A program made the position numbers and the translations under genes. Positions 1 to 8,353 of a stretch of 64,000 nt of DNA are shown here, in pieces (within the stretch, counting starts at the first letter, position 1; each line of letters starts with the position of its first letter). The DNA is taken from contig DAHUZZ010000008.1 in the NCBI GenBank assembly GCA_027314915.1, forward strand, positions 19,746 to 83,745, written 5' to 3'. A model generated the notes under the pieces. That model saw nothing but the letters and a program-made list of their open reading frames with translations. It had not been told where the DNA came from and searched no databases. This DNA is from Thermoplasmata archaeon (lineage in GTDB: Archaea; Thermoplasmatota; Thermoplasmata; Lutacidiplasmatales; UBA184).

Positions 1-462
1 CGCCTCCCGTCCGACGCAGAGGAGCCGGTCGGGCAGCGCGTAGAAGTAGTATCCCTTCCGGGCGAGCCAGAGGTAGCCCAGCATGAGCCGCCGGGGGTCG
101 GCATGCTGCTGGACCGCGATCTGGAACTCCGCCGGGGCGCGGGCGAGCGGAGCGTAGGAGACCTCCGCGCCGCCGAGCCGGGCCGGCAGCAGCGCCGGCA
201 GGTCGGACTCCAGGTAGAACCGGAGGAAGCCGGCGTAGGCGCGGGCGAAGGGGTCGCCCCAGCGGCGCATCCGGTCGAGCCGCTTCTCGTCGTCCCGCTC
301 GGCCCGGACCTCCTCGAACCGGTCCCGGAGCCGGTCGAACGGCTCCGTCGGGCACTCGCGGGTGAGCTTCGGAAGGAGCGGCTCGCTCGAGCGGCGGAGC
401 GCCTCCACGCTCTTGAGGAGCCCCTCCTCCCGCCCCCCCGAAGCGCGCCGGATCCGCACCAT
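1..462 (-). CDS. hypothetical protein, 5' complete and 3' truncated by the window edge (MVRIRRASGGREEGLLKSVEALRR...)
   Basis: Minus-strand ATG at 462 with a sensible, non-repetitive translation running off position 1. It is not in the ORF track because no stop lies inside the window. I did not recognise a family. Confidence 0.4.
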   Translation of the reverse strand, partial: MVRIRRASGGREEGLLKSVEALRRSSEPLLPKLTRECPTEPFDRLRDRFEEVRAERDDEKRLDRMRRWGDPFARAYAGFLRFYLESDLPALLPARLGGAEVSYAPLARAPAEFQIAVQQHADPRRLMLGYLWLARKGYYFYALPDRLLCVGREA

Positions 463-846
463 CCGTCCCGGGCGACGGAGCGTCCGTACTTCAGTTCGTC
501 CCGTGCCGCCGGGCGCGAGGGGGGTCGAACGCTCCCTTCGCTCCGCGCCGGGGCCCCCCGTGGTCCGGCCCCGGGGCGGAAGCGGGGCGGAGGGGATCGA
601 ACGGCGGTGCGAAACGGCCCGGGCCGGGAGGATCCGATCCCCTGCGGTCGCCGGGCGATCGCCGCCTCCGGCCCGAGCCCGCGTCCTCGACCTCCCCCTC
701 GCGCCTCCGCATCGTCGCCGCGAGCGATGCAGTGGCCGCGGGGATCCTCGCGATCTGTCCTGAAGGAGGTCCGCCCGAGGTTGCTCTCCGGACGGCCGGA
801 GCCGTGACCCCCGGGGGGTCGAAGGGTTCGGGAGACGAGGGCCGGC

Positions 847-1413
847 CTACCGGTGGCAGAGGTCGCGGAAGTTCGAAAGGAGCCGCGTGCCTCCCTGGGT
901 GTGCTCGACCTCGGGGTGGAACTGCACCCCGTACCGGGGGGCGGTGGGGTCCTCCATCGCCTGGATGGGACAGCTCTCCGAGCGGGCGAGCCGTCGCCAG
1001 CCCGGCGGCAGCGTCGTCACCTGGTCGTTGTGGCTCTCCCAGACGGCGAGCGGGGAGCCGATCCCGGCGAAGATCGGATGCTCGGGCGCCTCGACGGTGA
1101 GCGTGACCCGCCCGAACTCGGGGGCGCCGGCGCGCGCGACGGAGCCGCCGAAGTGGCGGGCCAGGAACTGGTGGCCCACGCAGATGCCGAGGACCGGGAC
1201 CCCGACCCCGTCGATCCACTCGCCCACCCGGCCGAGCCGGTCGGTGCCCTCGAGGCTCAGGGCGCCTCCGCTCAGGACCACCCCGTCGATCCCCGCGAGC
1301 TCCGCGGGGGCCGCGGTGTTGGGCAGGATGGTGCAGTCGACGCCGAGGTCGCGGAGGACCCGCCACTCCCGGTGCGTCCACTGCCCGCCGTTGTCGATGA
1401 CGGGGATCCTCAT
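847..1413 (-). CDS. guaA: GMP synthase (glutamine-hydrolysing) subunit A, class I glutamine amidotransferase
   Basis: 188 aa with a GATase1 fold pattern. The catalytic Cys is in GICVGHQ and the His/Glu are near the C-terminus (HPE). This is the archaeal split-GuaA subunit A architecture. Confidence 0.8.
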   Translation of the reverse strand: MRIPVIDNGGQWTHREWRVLRDLGVDCTILPNTAAPAELAGIDGVVLSGGALSLEGTDRLGRVGEWIDGVGVPVLGICVGHQFLARHFGGSVARAGAPEFGRVTLTVEAPEHPIFAGIGSPLAVWESHNDQVTTLPPGWRRLARSESCPIQAMEDPTAPRYGVQFHPEVEHTQGGTRLLSNFRDLCHR

Positions 1414-1778
1414 GGGACCGGCGGCTCGCGGGGCCCCGCGGGGGCCGGGTCCGGGGTGCCGGCGGAGGCCGGAGCGTCGCGGAGGGAGCGGACCTCCCGG
1501 TGCAGCTCGCTCACCTCCTGGCGCATCTTGAGCATCTCCTGCTCGAACGGCGTGAACCCGCGGGCCGAATAGATCTGGCTCGAGAGGTAGAACCCGACGA
1601 ACACCGCCCCGACGAGCGCGAGGATCGTGATCAGCACCAGCGAGACGATGATCGTGAGCGGCGAGAGCGCGGCGATGGCGAGCGGGAGGGTGAAGAGCCG
1701 CGTGATCTCGGCGATCTCGACCACGACGAGCACGGTGATCACGAGGACCCAGAAGAGCGTCCAGCGCGGGATCTTCAT
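1410..1778 (-). CDS. small membrane protein with a C-terminal coiled-coil segment
   Basis: Internal ATG at 1778 (MKIPRWTLFWVLVITVLVV...) gives two TM helices and then an EQEMLKMRQEVSELHREVRSLR coiled coil. The start overlaps the upstream stop (ATGA), and the stop overlaps the guaA start. Confidence 0.45.
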   Translation of the reverse strand: MKIPRWTLFWVLVITVLVVVEIAEITRLFTLPLAIAALSPLTIIVSLVLITILALVGAVFVGFYLSSQIYSARGFTPFEQEMLKMRQEVSELHREVRSLRDAPASAGTPDPAPAGPREPPVP

Positions 1779-2345
1779 GGGGGCGCCGCCACCTCGAGCA
1801 GGGGGAGCGGCTCGGGAAGGTCGGTGACGGCGAAGGAGGTCACGCCCGGGCTCAGCCCCGGCGTGAGGGGCTCGATCAGGAGGGAGTTCGCGGTCACGTT
1901 GAAGGCGTACATCCCCTGGTACTCCGCCGTCCCGCCCTGCGCATCGACGAACACCGCCGTCGCGTTCACCGCCACGAGCGGCGCGGAGGAGTTCACCGAG
2001 ACCGAGATGCTGTCGGTGGCGTTGCTCCAGTGGGTCCAGGTGAGGTTCTGCGGCGTTCCCTGGAACGGCCACGAGGGGATCGCGGCGAGCCCGAGGCGGA
2101 GGGCCTGGAAGCCGGTGGTCTCGACCCCCATCACGTAGAAGTCGGTCCGGTCCCCGTGCACGGCCCGGTACACCACGAGCTCCGCGGAGGTCGTGGGCGA
2201 GCCCGCGGAGTGGGCGCCCACGCCGAGCAGGCTCGGGGTGGTCAGGATCAGGAGCAGCATGAGGACCGCGAGCCCGACGAACGGCCACTGGAAGGGCCCC
2301 GCCTCCCGTCCGCCGTCCCCCATCATCGTTCCGGCGCCTTCCATC
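1775..2345 (-). CDS. secreted/membrane-anchored protein with multiple N-glycosylation sequons
   Basis: The N-terminal hydrophobic segment is FVGLAVLMLLLILTTP. The extracellular part carries NAT, NSS, NAT and NVT sequons. The N-terminal part of the listed ORF overlaps ubiX in another frame, so an internal start near 2345 was chosen. The exact start is uncertain. Confidence 0.45.
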
Positions 2346-2895
2346 CCGTATAGAGGTGGTGCGGGACCTCGAGCTGGTCGAGGACCTTGCCCGCGAGGTA
2401 GTCGGTGATCGCCTCGACGCTCTTCGGGTGGAGGTAGTAGGCGGGCTCCGGCGGGAGGACCACCACGCCGAGCTGGGCGAGCCGGGTCAGGTGCTCGAGC
2501 AGGATCGGCGAGAGCGGCGTCTCGCGGGGGACCAGCACGAGCTTCCGGCGCTCCTTGAGATGCACGTGGGCCGCCCGCGTGATCAGGGTGTCGGCGAGCC
2601 CGAGGGCCACCTTGGCGGCGGTGTTCGACGAGCAGGGCACGATCGCCATCCCCGAGCTGGCCCGGGAGCCGCTCGCGATGGGCGCGGCGAGGTCGTCGTC
2701 GGCGTAGACGGTCTGGGCGAACCTCTCGAGCGCCGCCGGCTCGAGTCCCGATTCTTCCCGGAGGACCGCGCGGGCCCCCCCGGAGATCACGAGCGCGACG
2801 GGGGTCCCCGCGGCGTGGGCCGCCTCGAGGACGCGCACCGCGATCGGGGCGCCGCTCGCGCCTGAGATACCGATGATCACCGGAGCCCTGGCCAC
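2323..2895 (-). CDS. ubiX: flavin prenyltransferase UbiX/Pad1 family
   Basis: GTG start, 190 aa. It has the IIGISGASGAPIAVRVLE flavoprotein N-terminus and the conserved UbiX core (SGMAIVPCS...). Confidence 0.85.
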   Translation of the reverse strand: MARAPVIIGISGASGAPIAVRVLEAAHAAGTPVALVISGGARAVLREESGLEPAALERFAQTVYADDDLAAPIASGSRASSGMAIVPCSSNTAAKVALGLADTLITRAAHVHLKERRKLVLVPRETPLSPILLEHLTRLAQLGVVVLPPEPAYYLHPKSVEAITDYLAGKVLDQLEVPHHLYTGWKAPER

Positions 2896-2963
2896 GCTTG
2901 TCGCTCCCCGTCCTTATAGCCTTCAACGGATGGGGCGATTTGAGGCATTCCCCCGGTCGGAAG

Positions 2964-4136
2964 ATGGCCGTTTCGTCCGCGCGCGCCGCCCTGGTGGGGG
3001 CGGGACAGACGAAGTTCGGGGCGCTGAAGGACGGTCCCCGGGAGATGCTCTCGACCGCCCTGGGGCAGGCGGTAGCGAGCGTCGACCGCGGCTTCGACCC
3101 GGGCGCGCTCGACGAGGCATTCCTCGGGACCCTCGGCTTCTCCGGCTGGCAGCTCGGGAACTCCTCCGCGCTCCTCGCCGAGGCGGCGCACCGCCCCGGG
3201 ATGCCCGTGACCCGGATCGAGAACGCCTGCGCCTCGGCCGGGTTCGCCTTCCGGGCCGGCGTGGAGGCGATCGAGAGCGGCCGGTGCGAGGCGGTGCTCG
3301 TGGCCGGGCTCGAGAAGATGACCGACTCCCCCTCCGCCCGGCGGCGCTACTGGCTCGGGGTGAGCGGCGACACCGAGTGGGAGCGGCTCGCCGGGCTCAC
3401 CTTCGCCGGGGTGTACGCCCTCCTCGCCTCGCGCCACCGGATCGAGCACGGGACCCCCCCGGAGGCGCTCGCCGAGGTGGCGGTCAAGGCGCACCGCAAC
3501 GCCCTCCTGAACCCGAACGCGCAGTTCCACAAGGCGATCAGCCGGGAGCAGGTGCTGGCGGCGCCGCGGGTGGCCGATCCGCTCGGCCTGCTCGACTGCT
3601 GCCCGATCTCCGACGGGGCGGCGGCGCTCCTCCTCGTCCGGGCCGACCGGGCCCGTCGCTACACCGACACCCCCGTCTACGTGGCGGGCCACGGCGCCGG
3701 CTCGGACTTCCTGGCCGTCCAGGAGCGGCCCTCCCTGACCGGGCTCGCGGCGAGCCGCCGGGCGGCCGACCAGGCGTTCCGTACGTCCGGGTTCGACCGG
3801 TCGGCGCTCTCCCTCGCGGAGGTGCACGACTGCTTCACCATCGCCGAGCTCCTCGCCCTCGAGGACCTGGGCCTCGCCCCGCCCGGCGGGGCGGCGGCGA
3901 TGACCCTCGAGGGGGCCACCGCGATCGGCGGGCGGCTCCCCGTGAACCCCGACGGCGGGCTCAAGGCGAAAGGCCACCCGATCGGTGCGACGGGGGCGAG
4001 CCAGATCTACGAGGTGTTCCTGCAGCTCCGAGCGGCCGCCGGCCGCCGCCAGGTCCCCGGCGCGACCCGGGCCCTCGCCCACAACGTCGGCGGTTCGGGG
4101 GCCTGCGCGGTCGTCCACCTGTTCGAGGCGGGCTAG
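2964..4136 (+). CDS. archaeal acetyl-CoA C-acetyltransferase (thiolase), SCP-x-like
   Basis: The active-site Cys is in IENACASAGFA. The C-terminal motifs are GHPIGATGASQ and NVGGSGACAVVHLFE. The start is the internal ATG at MAVSSARAALVGAGQTKFG. Confidence 0.85.
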   Translation: MAVSSARAALVGAGQTKFGALKDGPREMLSTALGQAVASVDRGFDPGALDEAFLGTLGFSGWQLGNSSALLAEAAHRPGMPVTRIENACASAGFAFRAGVEAIESGRCEAVLVAGLEKMTDSPSARRRYWLGVSGDTEWERLAGLTFAGVYALLASRHRIEHGTPPEALAEVAVKAHRNALLNPNAQFHKAISREQVLAAPRVADPLGLLDCCPISDGAAALLLVRADRARRYTDTPVYVAGHGAGSDFLAVQERPSLTGLAASRRAADQAFRTSGFDRSALSLAEVHDCFTIAELLALEDLGLAPPGGAAAMTLEGATAIGGRLPVNPDGGLKAKGHPIGATGASQIYEVFLQLRAAAGRRQVPGATRALAHNVGGSGACAVVHLFEAG

Positions 4137-4137
4137 G

Positions 4138-5154
4138 ATGGGCCGGCACCTCCGGAGGGCCGGGATCGCGCTGCCGGCCGTCCTCGCGGGCGGTCGGCGG
4201 CGGGAAGCTCCGGACGAGGACCGGTTCACGCTGGCCGTCGCGGCGGCCGAGACCCTCGAACGGTCGGACGACCCGGAACCGATCGGCCGGGTCCACCTGT
4301 TCGGGGAGTTCACGGTAGAGCAGGCGGAGCGGATCGGGGTCGCGCTCGGGATGGTCCCGGGCGCACCGGCCGCCCGCCACCCCGGGGACGCGCCGGCGTT
4401 GCATGCGCTCCTCACCGAGGAGCAGGGCCACCCCGGTCCGGGGGCCGCCGTCGTCCTCGCCGCCGACGCCCTCCGGGAGTCGTCGGAAGCGGGGGCGCTC
4501 GCGCGGGACTCCGGCGCCGTGGCCCTCTGGCTGGGTTCCGCGGCGGAGCGCCCTCCCCCGCCTTCCCGGCGGCCCGACCGGCCCGAGCTGCGGCTCGGCG
4601 CGGAGGGCTCGGCGCTCGAGCTCGCCGCGGAGCTCGCCGCCCAGCTCCCGGGCGATCTCCTCGTGCCGTCCACGACCGAGGCCTCCTGGACGGTGGGCCA
4701 CGCCCCGCCCGGTCCGGAGGTCACCGCGCGCTCGGAGGGGGCGTACGTCCCGTGGCCCCGGTACCTGGAGAACCTGCCGAGCCGGTGGCGGTTCGCCGCC
4801 GACCGGTGCGGTCGCTGCGGGGCGATCACCTTCCCCGTCCGGGGGTCCTGCCGTTCGTGCGGGGCCGCGGAGGGGCTGGGACGGTTCGAGCTGCCCCGCA
4901 CGGGCGGCACCGTCCTGGCCGTGACGACCGTCCACCCGGGCGCCCAGCCCACCGAGTTCGACTGGCGCGTGGAGCTGCTCGGCGCCTACGACGTGGCGCT
5001 GGTGGAGCTCGCGGACGGGGTCCGGGTCACGCTCCAGGTCACCGACGCCCCGCCCGGCGCGCTCCGGGCGGGCGACCGGGTCGCGACCCGGCTGCGCCGC
5101 CTCTACCCGATGGAAGGCGAGTGGCGGTACGGCCGGAAGGCGATGCCGCTCTAG
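4138..5154 (+). CDS. DUF35 (Zn-ribbon + OB-fold) thiolase-partner protein with a degenerate HMGCS/KAS-III-like N-terminal domain
   Basis: The C-terminus has a CGRCG...CRSCG zinc ribbon followed by an OB fold (VALVELADGVRVTLQVTD). The N-terminal ~220 aa carry DEDRFTLAVAAAETLERSDDPEPIGRVHLFGEF, which resembles the HMG-CoA synthase / FabH N-terminal motif but lacks a catalytic Cys. The start codon is 1 nt after the thiolase stop. Confidence 0.6.
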   Translation: MGRHLRRAGIALPAVLAGGRRREAPDEDRFTLAVAAAETLERSDDPEPIGRVHLFGEFTVEQAERIGVALGMVPGAPAARHPGDAPALHALLTEEQGHPGPGAAVVLAADALRESSEAGALARDSGAVALWLGSAAERPPPPSRRPDRPELRLGAEGSALELAAELAAQLPGDLLVPSTTEASWTVGHAPPGPEVTARSEGAYVPWPRYLENLPSRWRFAADRCGRCGAITFPVRGSCRSCGAAEGLGRFELPRTGGTVLAVTTVHPGAQPTEFDWRVELLGAYDVALVELADGVRVTLQVTDAPPGALRAGDRVATRLRRLYPMEGEWRYGRKAMPL

Positions 5155-6962
5155 ATCTTCGGGCGCGAAATCGCGGGCGCGGAGGCCGGCTCCCAGGGGG
5201 CTTCGAGCCAGCGCGCGTAGATCTGCCGCGCGAGCATCGGGGGGTCCTCGAGGGGGGTGAAGGCGTACTTCGCCGGCGGCGGGCTCCCGACGACGACCGG
5301 GACGCGCCGGAGGACGCCGCGCCGGAAGAGGTCGACCTTTACCTCCTCCCCGGGCGCGTACCGCTTGAGCGCTTCCCCGAATCCGGCGAACAGGACCCGG
5401 TAGCCGTCGAGCGCGACCACCTCGTCGCCCGGGGAGAGCCCGGCACGGCGCGCGGGGGTCCCGTCCCGGACCTCGGCGATGCGGGCCCGGTCGCCCTCGG
5501 AGCGGAGCTCCACGCCGAGGTAGGCGGGCTCCGTCGGCTCGATGCCGTTGGGGGCCGGTTTCGGCGCCGGGCCGAAGGCGAGCCCGGCGTGGCGGGCCGC
5601 CTCCGCGATGGGCGGATCCTCGGTTCCGGCGATGTAGCGGGCGAAGAAGCTCCCGAGATCGATCCCCGAGACCCGCTCCACCACGGAGGGCAGCTCGCCC
5701 TCCTCGAGCCCGCGGCCGGTCCGCCCGTACTCCGCCCAGAGGTGGCGGACGACGTCCTCGAGCCCGAGCCGGTTCTCGGTCCGCGCCCGGAGCTCGAGAT
5801 CGAGGCAGGCGGAGGCCACGTGCCCCTTGACGTAGTAGTCGACCGACTGGTTCTGCGTCTCCTCGTAGGGCCGGTACCGATCGATCCACGCGAGGTAGGA
5901 GGCCTCCTCCGCGCTCCGGTGGTGCCGGCCGGGCGAGGCGAGGAGGAGCCTCACCTTCTCGGCCAGGTACTGGAGGTAGGCCGACGGGGTGAACAGCCCC
6001 GCCCGGCGGACGAGCAGCCCCGCGGCGTAGTCGGTCGTACCCTCCATCCACCACAGGAGGCGGGTGTAGTTCTCCCGGTCGAAGTCGAACGGTCCGAGGA
6101 CCTTCGGCCGGATCCGCTTCACGTTGTACAGGTGGAAGTACTCGTGGGAGACGAGCGTGAGGAACCGGTCGTAGCTCTCGCGGGGCTTGAAGGAGCTCCG
6201 CTCGACCACCAGCGAGGTGGAGTTCGCGTGCTCGAGCCCACCGTCCCGCCGATCGTGGAGGTGGAGGAAGAAGGTGAAGGAGGCGAGCGGGGAGCTGCCG
6301 ACGTAGCGGATCTGCGCCTCCACGATCCGGGCGACGTCCTGCTCGAGGCGGTGGAGCTCGTAGTTGCCCGGGCCCCCGCAGATCACGATGTGGTGCGGGA
6401 TGCCCGCCGGGTGGAGGGTGAGCACGGTCGGTCGCCCGGCGTCGATGGGCGCGTCGACGAGCGCCTCGTAGTTCGGCGCGCGGAAGCGGACCGGGTGCTC
6501 CCCCAGCCGCGGCAGCTCCGCATGGGCGCTCCAGCCCGCCGGCAGGTTCAGCACGATCTCGACCGGCTCCCCCTCCCGGCCCGCGACCCAGGGGAGGCAG
6601 CGCGTCGCGTTGAGGAAGGCATGCTCGTCGGTGAAGTCGATCCCGTCGTCGAGGAGATCGTGGCCGTAGACGCTGTAGAGGAACTCCACCGCGGCCGCTC
6701 CCTGGGTGACCACCCTCCAGCGGTTCTTGGCCCGCCGCTCGACCGTCAGCTCCCGCACCGCGCCCGCGGCGGAGCGGGCGGAGACCTCCCCGACCTCCCG
6801 CGCCGACTCCCGGAGCTCGTAGGCTCCGGGGGCCCAGACCGGCAGCACGATCTCGACCTCCGGGCCGGTGATCCCCCGGATCTCCAGCGAGAAGGACCCG
6901 CGGTGCGACTTCGGCTCGAACGAGCGCAGCGTGTAGAGGATGCGGGCGTCGGACTCGACCAT
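5151..6962 (-). CDS. M61 family glycyl aminopeptidase with C-terminal PDZ domain
   Basis: 603 aa. The zincin motif is HEYFHLYNV, and a PDZ-like segment (GLSPGDEVVALDG) lies near the C-terminus. Confidence 0.75.
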   Translation of the reverse strand: MVESDARILYTLRSFEPKSHRGSFSLEIRGITGPEVEIVLPVWAPGAYELRESAREVGEVSARSAAGAVRELTVERRAKNRWRVVTQGAAAVEFLYSVYGHDLLDDGIDFTDEHAFLNATRCLPWVAGREGEPVEIVLNLPAGWSAHAELPRLGEHPVRFRAPNYEALVDAPIDAGRPTVLTLHPAGIPHHIVICGGPGNYELHRLEQDVARIVEAQIRYVGSSPLASFTFFLHLHDRRDGGLEHANSTSLVVERSSFKPRESYDRFLTLVSHEYFHLYNVKRIRPKVLGPFDFDRENYTRLLWWMEGTTDYAAGLLVRRAGLFTPSAYLQYLAEKVRLLLASPGRHHRSAEEASYLAWIDRYRPYEETQNQSVDYYVKGHVASACLDLELRARTENRLGLEDVVRHLWAEYGRTGRGLEEGELPSVVERVSGIDLGSFFARYIAGTEDPPIAEAARHAGLAFGPAPKPAPNGIEPTEPAYLGVELRSEGDRARIAEVRDGTPARRAGLSPGDEVVALDGYRVLFAGFGEALKRYAPGEEVKVDLFRRGVLRRVPVVVGSPPPAKYAFTPLEDPPMLARQIYARWLEAPWEPASAPAISRPKI

Positions 6963-7028
6963 GGAGCTCGGCGCCCCGACCCGGGCGCCGCGATAACCTC
7001 TTGCGGTCCGTCCCGGGCCACGGGCCGA

Positions 7029-7247
7029 TCAGGCGAAGCCGGGGGGGTTCTCCTTCCGGGCGGAATCCCCCTTCCGGCGGTAGGGCTCCACGCCCAGTCC
7101 GAGCTGGATCGCGAGCGCCCGGAAGGTCTGGTTCAACTGCTCGACGCCGCGGGCGAGCTCGCGCAGCTCCTCGCGCATCTCGGCGAGCTCCCGGCGCATC
7201 GTCTCGACCTCCGCCCGGAGCTGTCGCCCCGCGTCCTCCCCGGCCAT
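7029..7247 (-). CDS. small coiled-coil protein
   Basis: 72 aa with heptad-like LRAEVETMRRELAEMREELRELARGVEQL. It sits between two genes on the same strand. Confidence 0.35.
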   Translation of the reverse strand: MAGEDAGRQLRAEVETMRRELAEMREELRELARGVEQLNQTFRALAIQLGLGVEPYRRKGDSARKENPPGFA

Positions 7248-7313
7248 CGCGGGATAGCCGAGGGCCCTCCGCCTTGATAGAGCATCCGGTGCCCCCCCGG
7301 GGGCGCGGCTCGC

Positions 7314-8138
7314 CTAGCCGCGGGCGCCCGCGTCGCCGCCCGGTCCGAACGGGTTCGAGGACCGGCCCCGGTCCTGGAACCGCTCCCACCGTCCCGCCGT
7401 CCGGGAGAAGTCCACGCGCTCGAGCTCGACCTCGAACGCCTTGAGCATCTCCTGCGGCGCGGGCCGGACGTGGATCTCGTAGACGTAGATGCCGAAGCCC
7501 ATGAAGTCGGTGACCCGGTGGAGCACCTCCGCCAGGTTCTCCCGCGGGACCACCATCCGCAGGGAGCTCTCGCCGAGCCGCCGGGAGAACTCGTCCGCGT
7601 CGAACGGCCGCTCGAGCGTGATCAGTCCCTTGGGGGGTTCGCTCGCCTCCGCCGGGGGGGCCGGAACGGGGGGCAGCGGCGGGCCGACCGGCTCCGCCTC
7701 CGGGACCGAGGAGGTCGGCACGTACGGTGGGGGCGCCGGAGGCTCAGGCACGGCGATCCGCGGGGCCGGGACGGGGGGGCCCCGCAGCTCCGGCTCCTTG
7801 GGGGGATAGGAGGCGAGGACGGGCGAGCTCTCCCGCCCCTGGAATCCGGGCGCGTCCCGCTTCGGGCGTGCGGGCCGCATGCGGCGGGGGCCCGGGCGCG
7901 AACGGACGGGGCCGGCCTTGGGCCGGACGGGGCCGGCCTTGGGCCGGACGGGGCCGGCCTTGGGCCGGGCGGGGCGGGCGGACCCCCGCCGCTTCGTCCC
8001 GGGGGAAGGGGCGGTGCGAACGCTGGGGGCACCGGCCGGCCGCGCGCCGCGGGTCGGAGACTTCGATCGCGCTCGGCGCGGGCTCGGGGGACGGGTGCGC
8101 GAGGTTCTCCGCACCGGTCTCGACCTCTTGGACGGCAT
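7314..8138 (-). CDS. hypothetical protein with Arg/Pro/Ser-rich disordered N-terminal half (PKAGPVR x3) and a globular C-terminal domain
   Basis: 274 aa. The N-terminus is very basic and low-complexity. The C-terminal ~110 aa are non-repetitive (LITLERPFDADEFSRRL...GIYVYEIHV...). No family recognised. Confidence 0.45.
   Translation of the reverse strand: MPSKRSRPVRRTSRTRPPSPRRARSKSPTRGARPAGAPSVRTAPSPGTKRRGSARPARPKAGPVRPKAGPVRPKAGPVRSRPGPRRMRPARPKRDAPGFQGRESSPVLASYPPKEPELRGPPVPAPRIAVPEPPAPPPYVPTSSVPEAEPVGPPLPPVPAPPAEASEPPKGLITLERPFDADEFSRRLGESSLRMVVPRENLAEVLHRVTDFMGFGIYVYEIHVRPAPQEMLKAFEVELERVDFSRTAGRWERFQDRGRSSNPFGPGGDAGARG
7904..7966. repeat. perfect 21-bp tandem repeat x3 (cggacggggccggccttgggc), plus a degenerate fourth unit, inside the CDS 7314..8138
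   Basis: Read directly from the sequence. It encodes PKAGPVR x3 on the minus strand. Confidence 0.9.
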
Positions 8139-8353
8139 CGACGGTCAGGGAGGCGGGGAACGACTTAAACTAACGTCCTCGAATCGGCGGGGGCCGTTCG
8201 GGGTGGCGTTGTCGCTCGCAGAACCATGCGAATCCCCCTCACGGCGGTCGTTTCTTGTCGTGACCCGAGCGACATGGGGATTATCTACCGCGCCCGGTGT
8301 GGCAGCGGTAAGCTGACCCCCGCAAGGAGGTCGGCCGGAAGGAAACCGAAGAT

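Noticed and set aside
2877-4952. 691-aa ORF on the minus strand
   Set aside because: It is antisense to the thiolase and DUF35 genes. The composition is Arg/Gly/Pro-rich junk, typical of a stop-poor frame in 70% GC DNA.
3961-7389. 1142-aa ORF on the minus strand
   Set aside because: It overlaps the DUF35 gene antisense and the M61 peptidase gene in another frame. The translation is low-complexity RGPA-rich.
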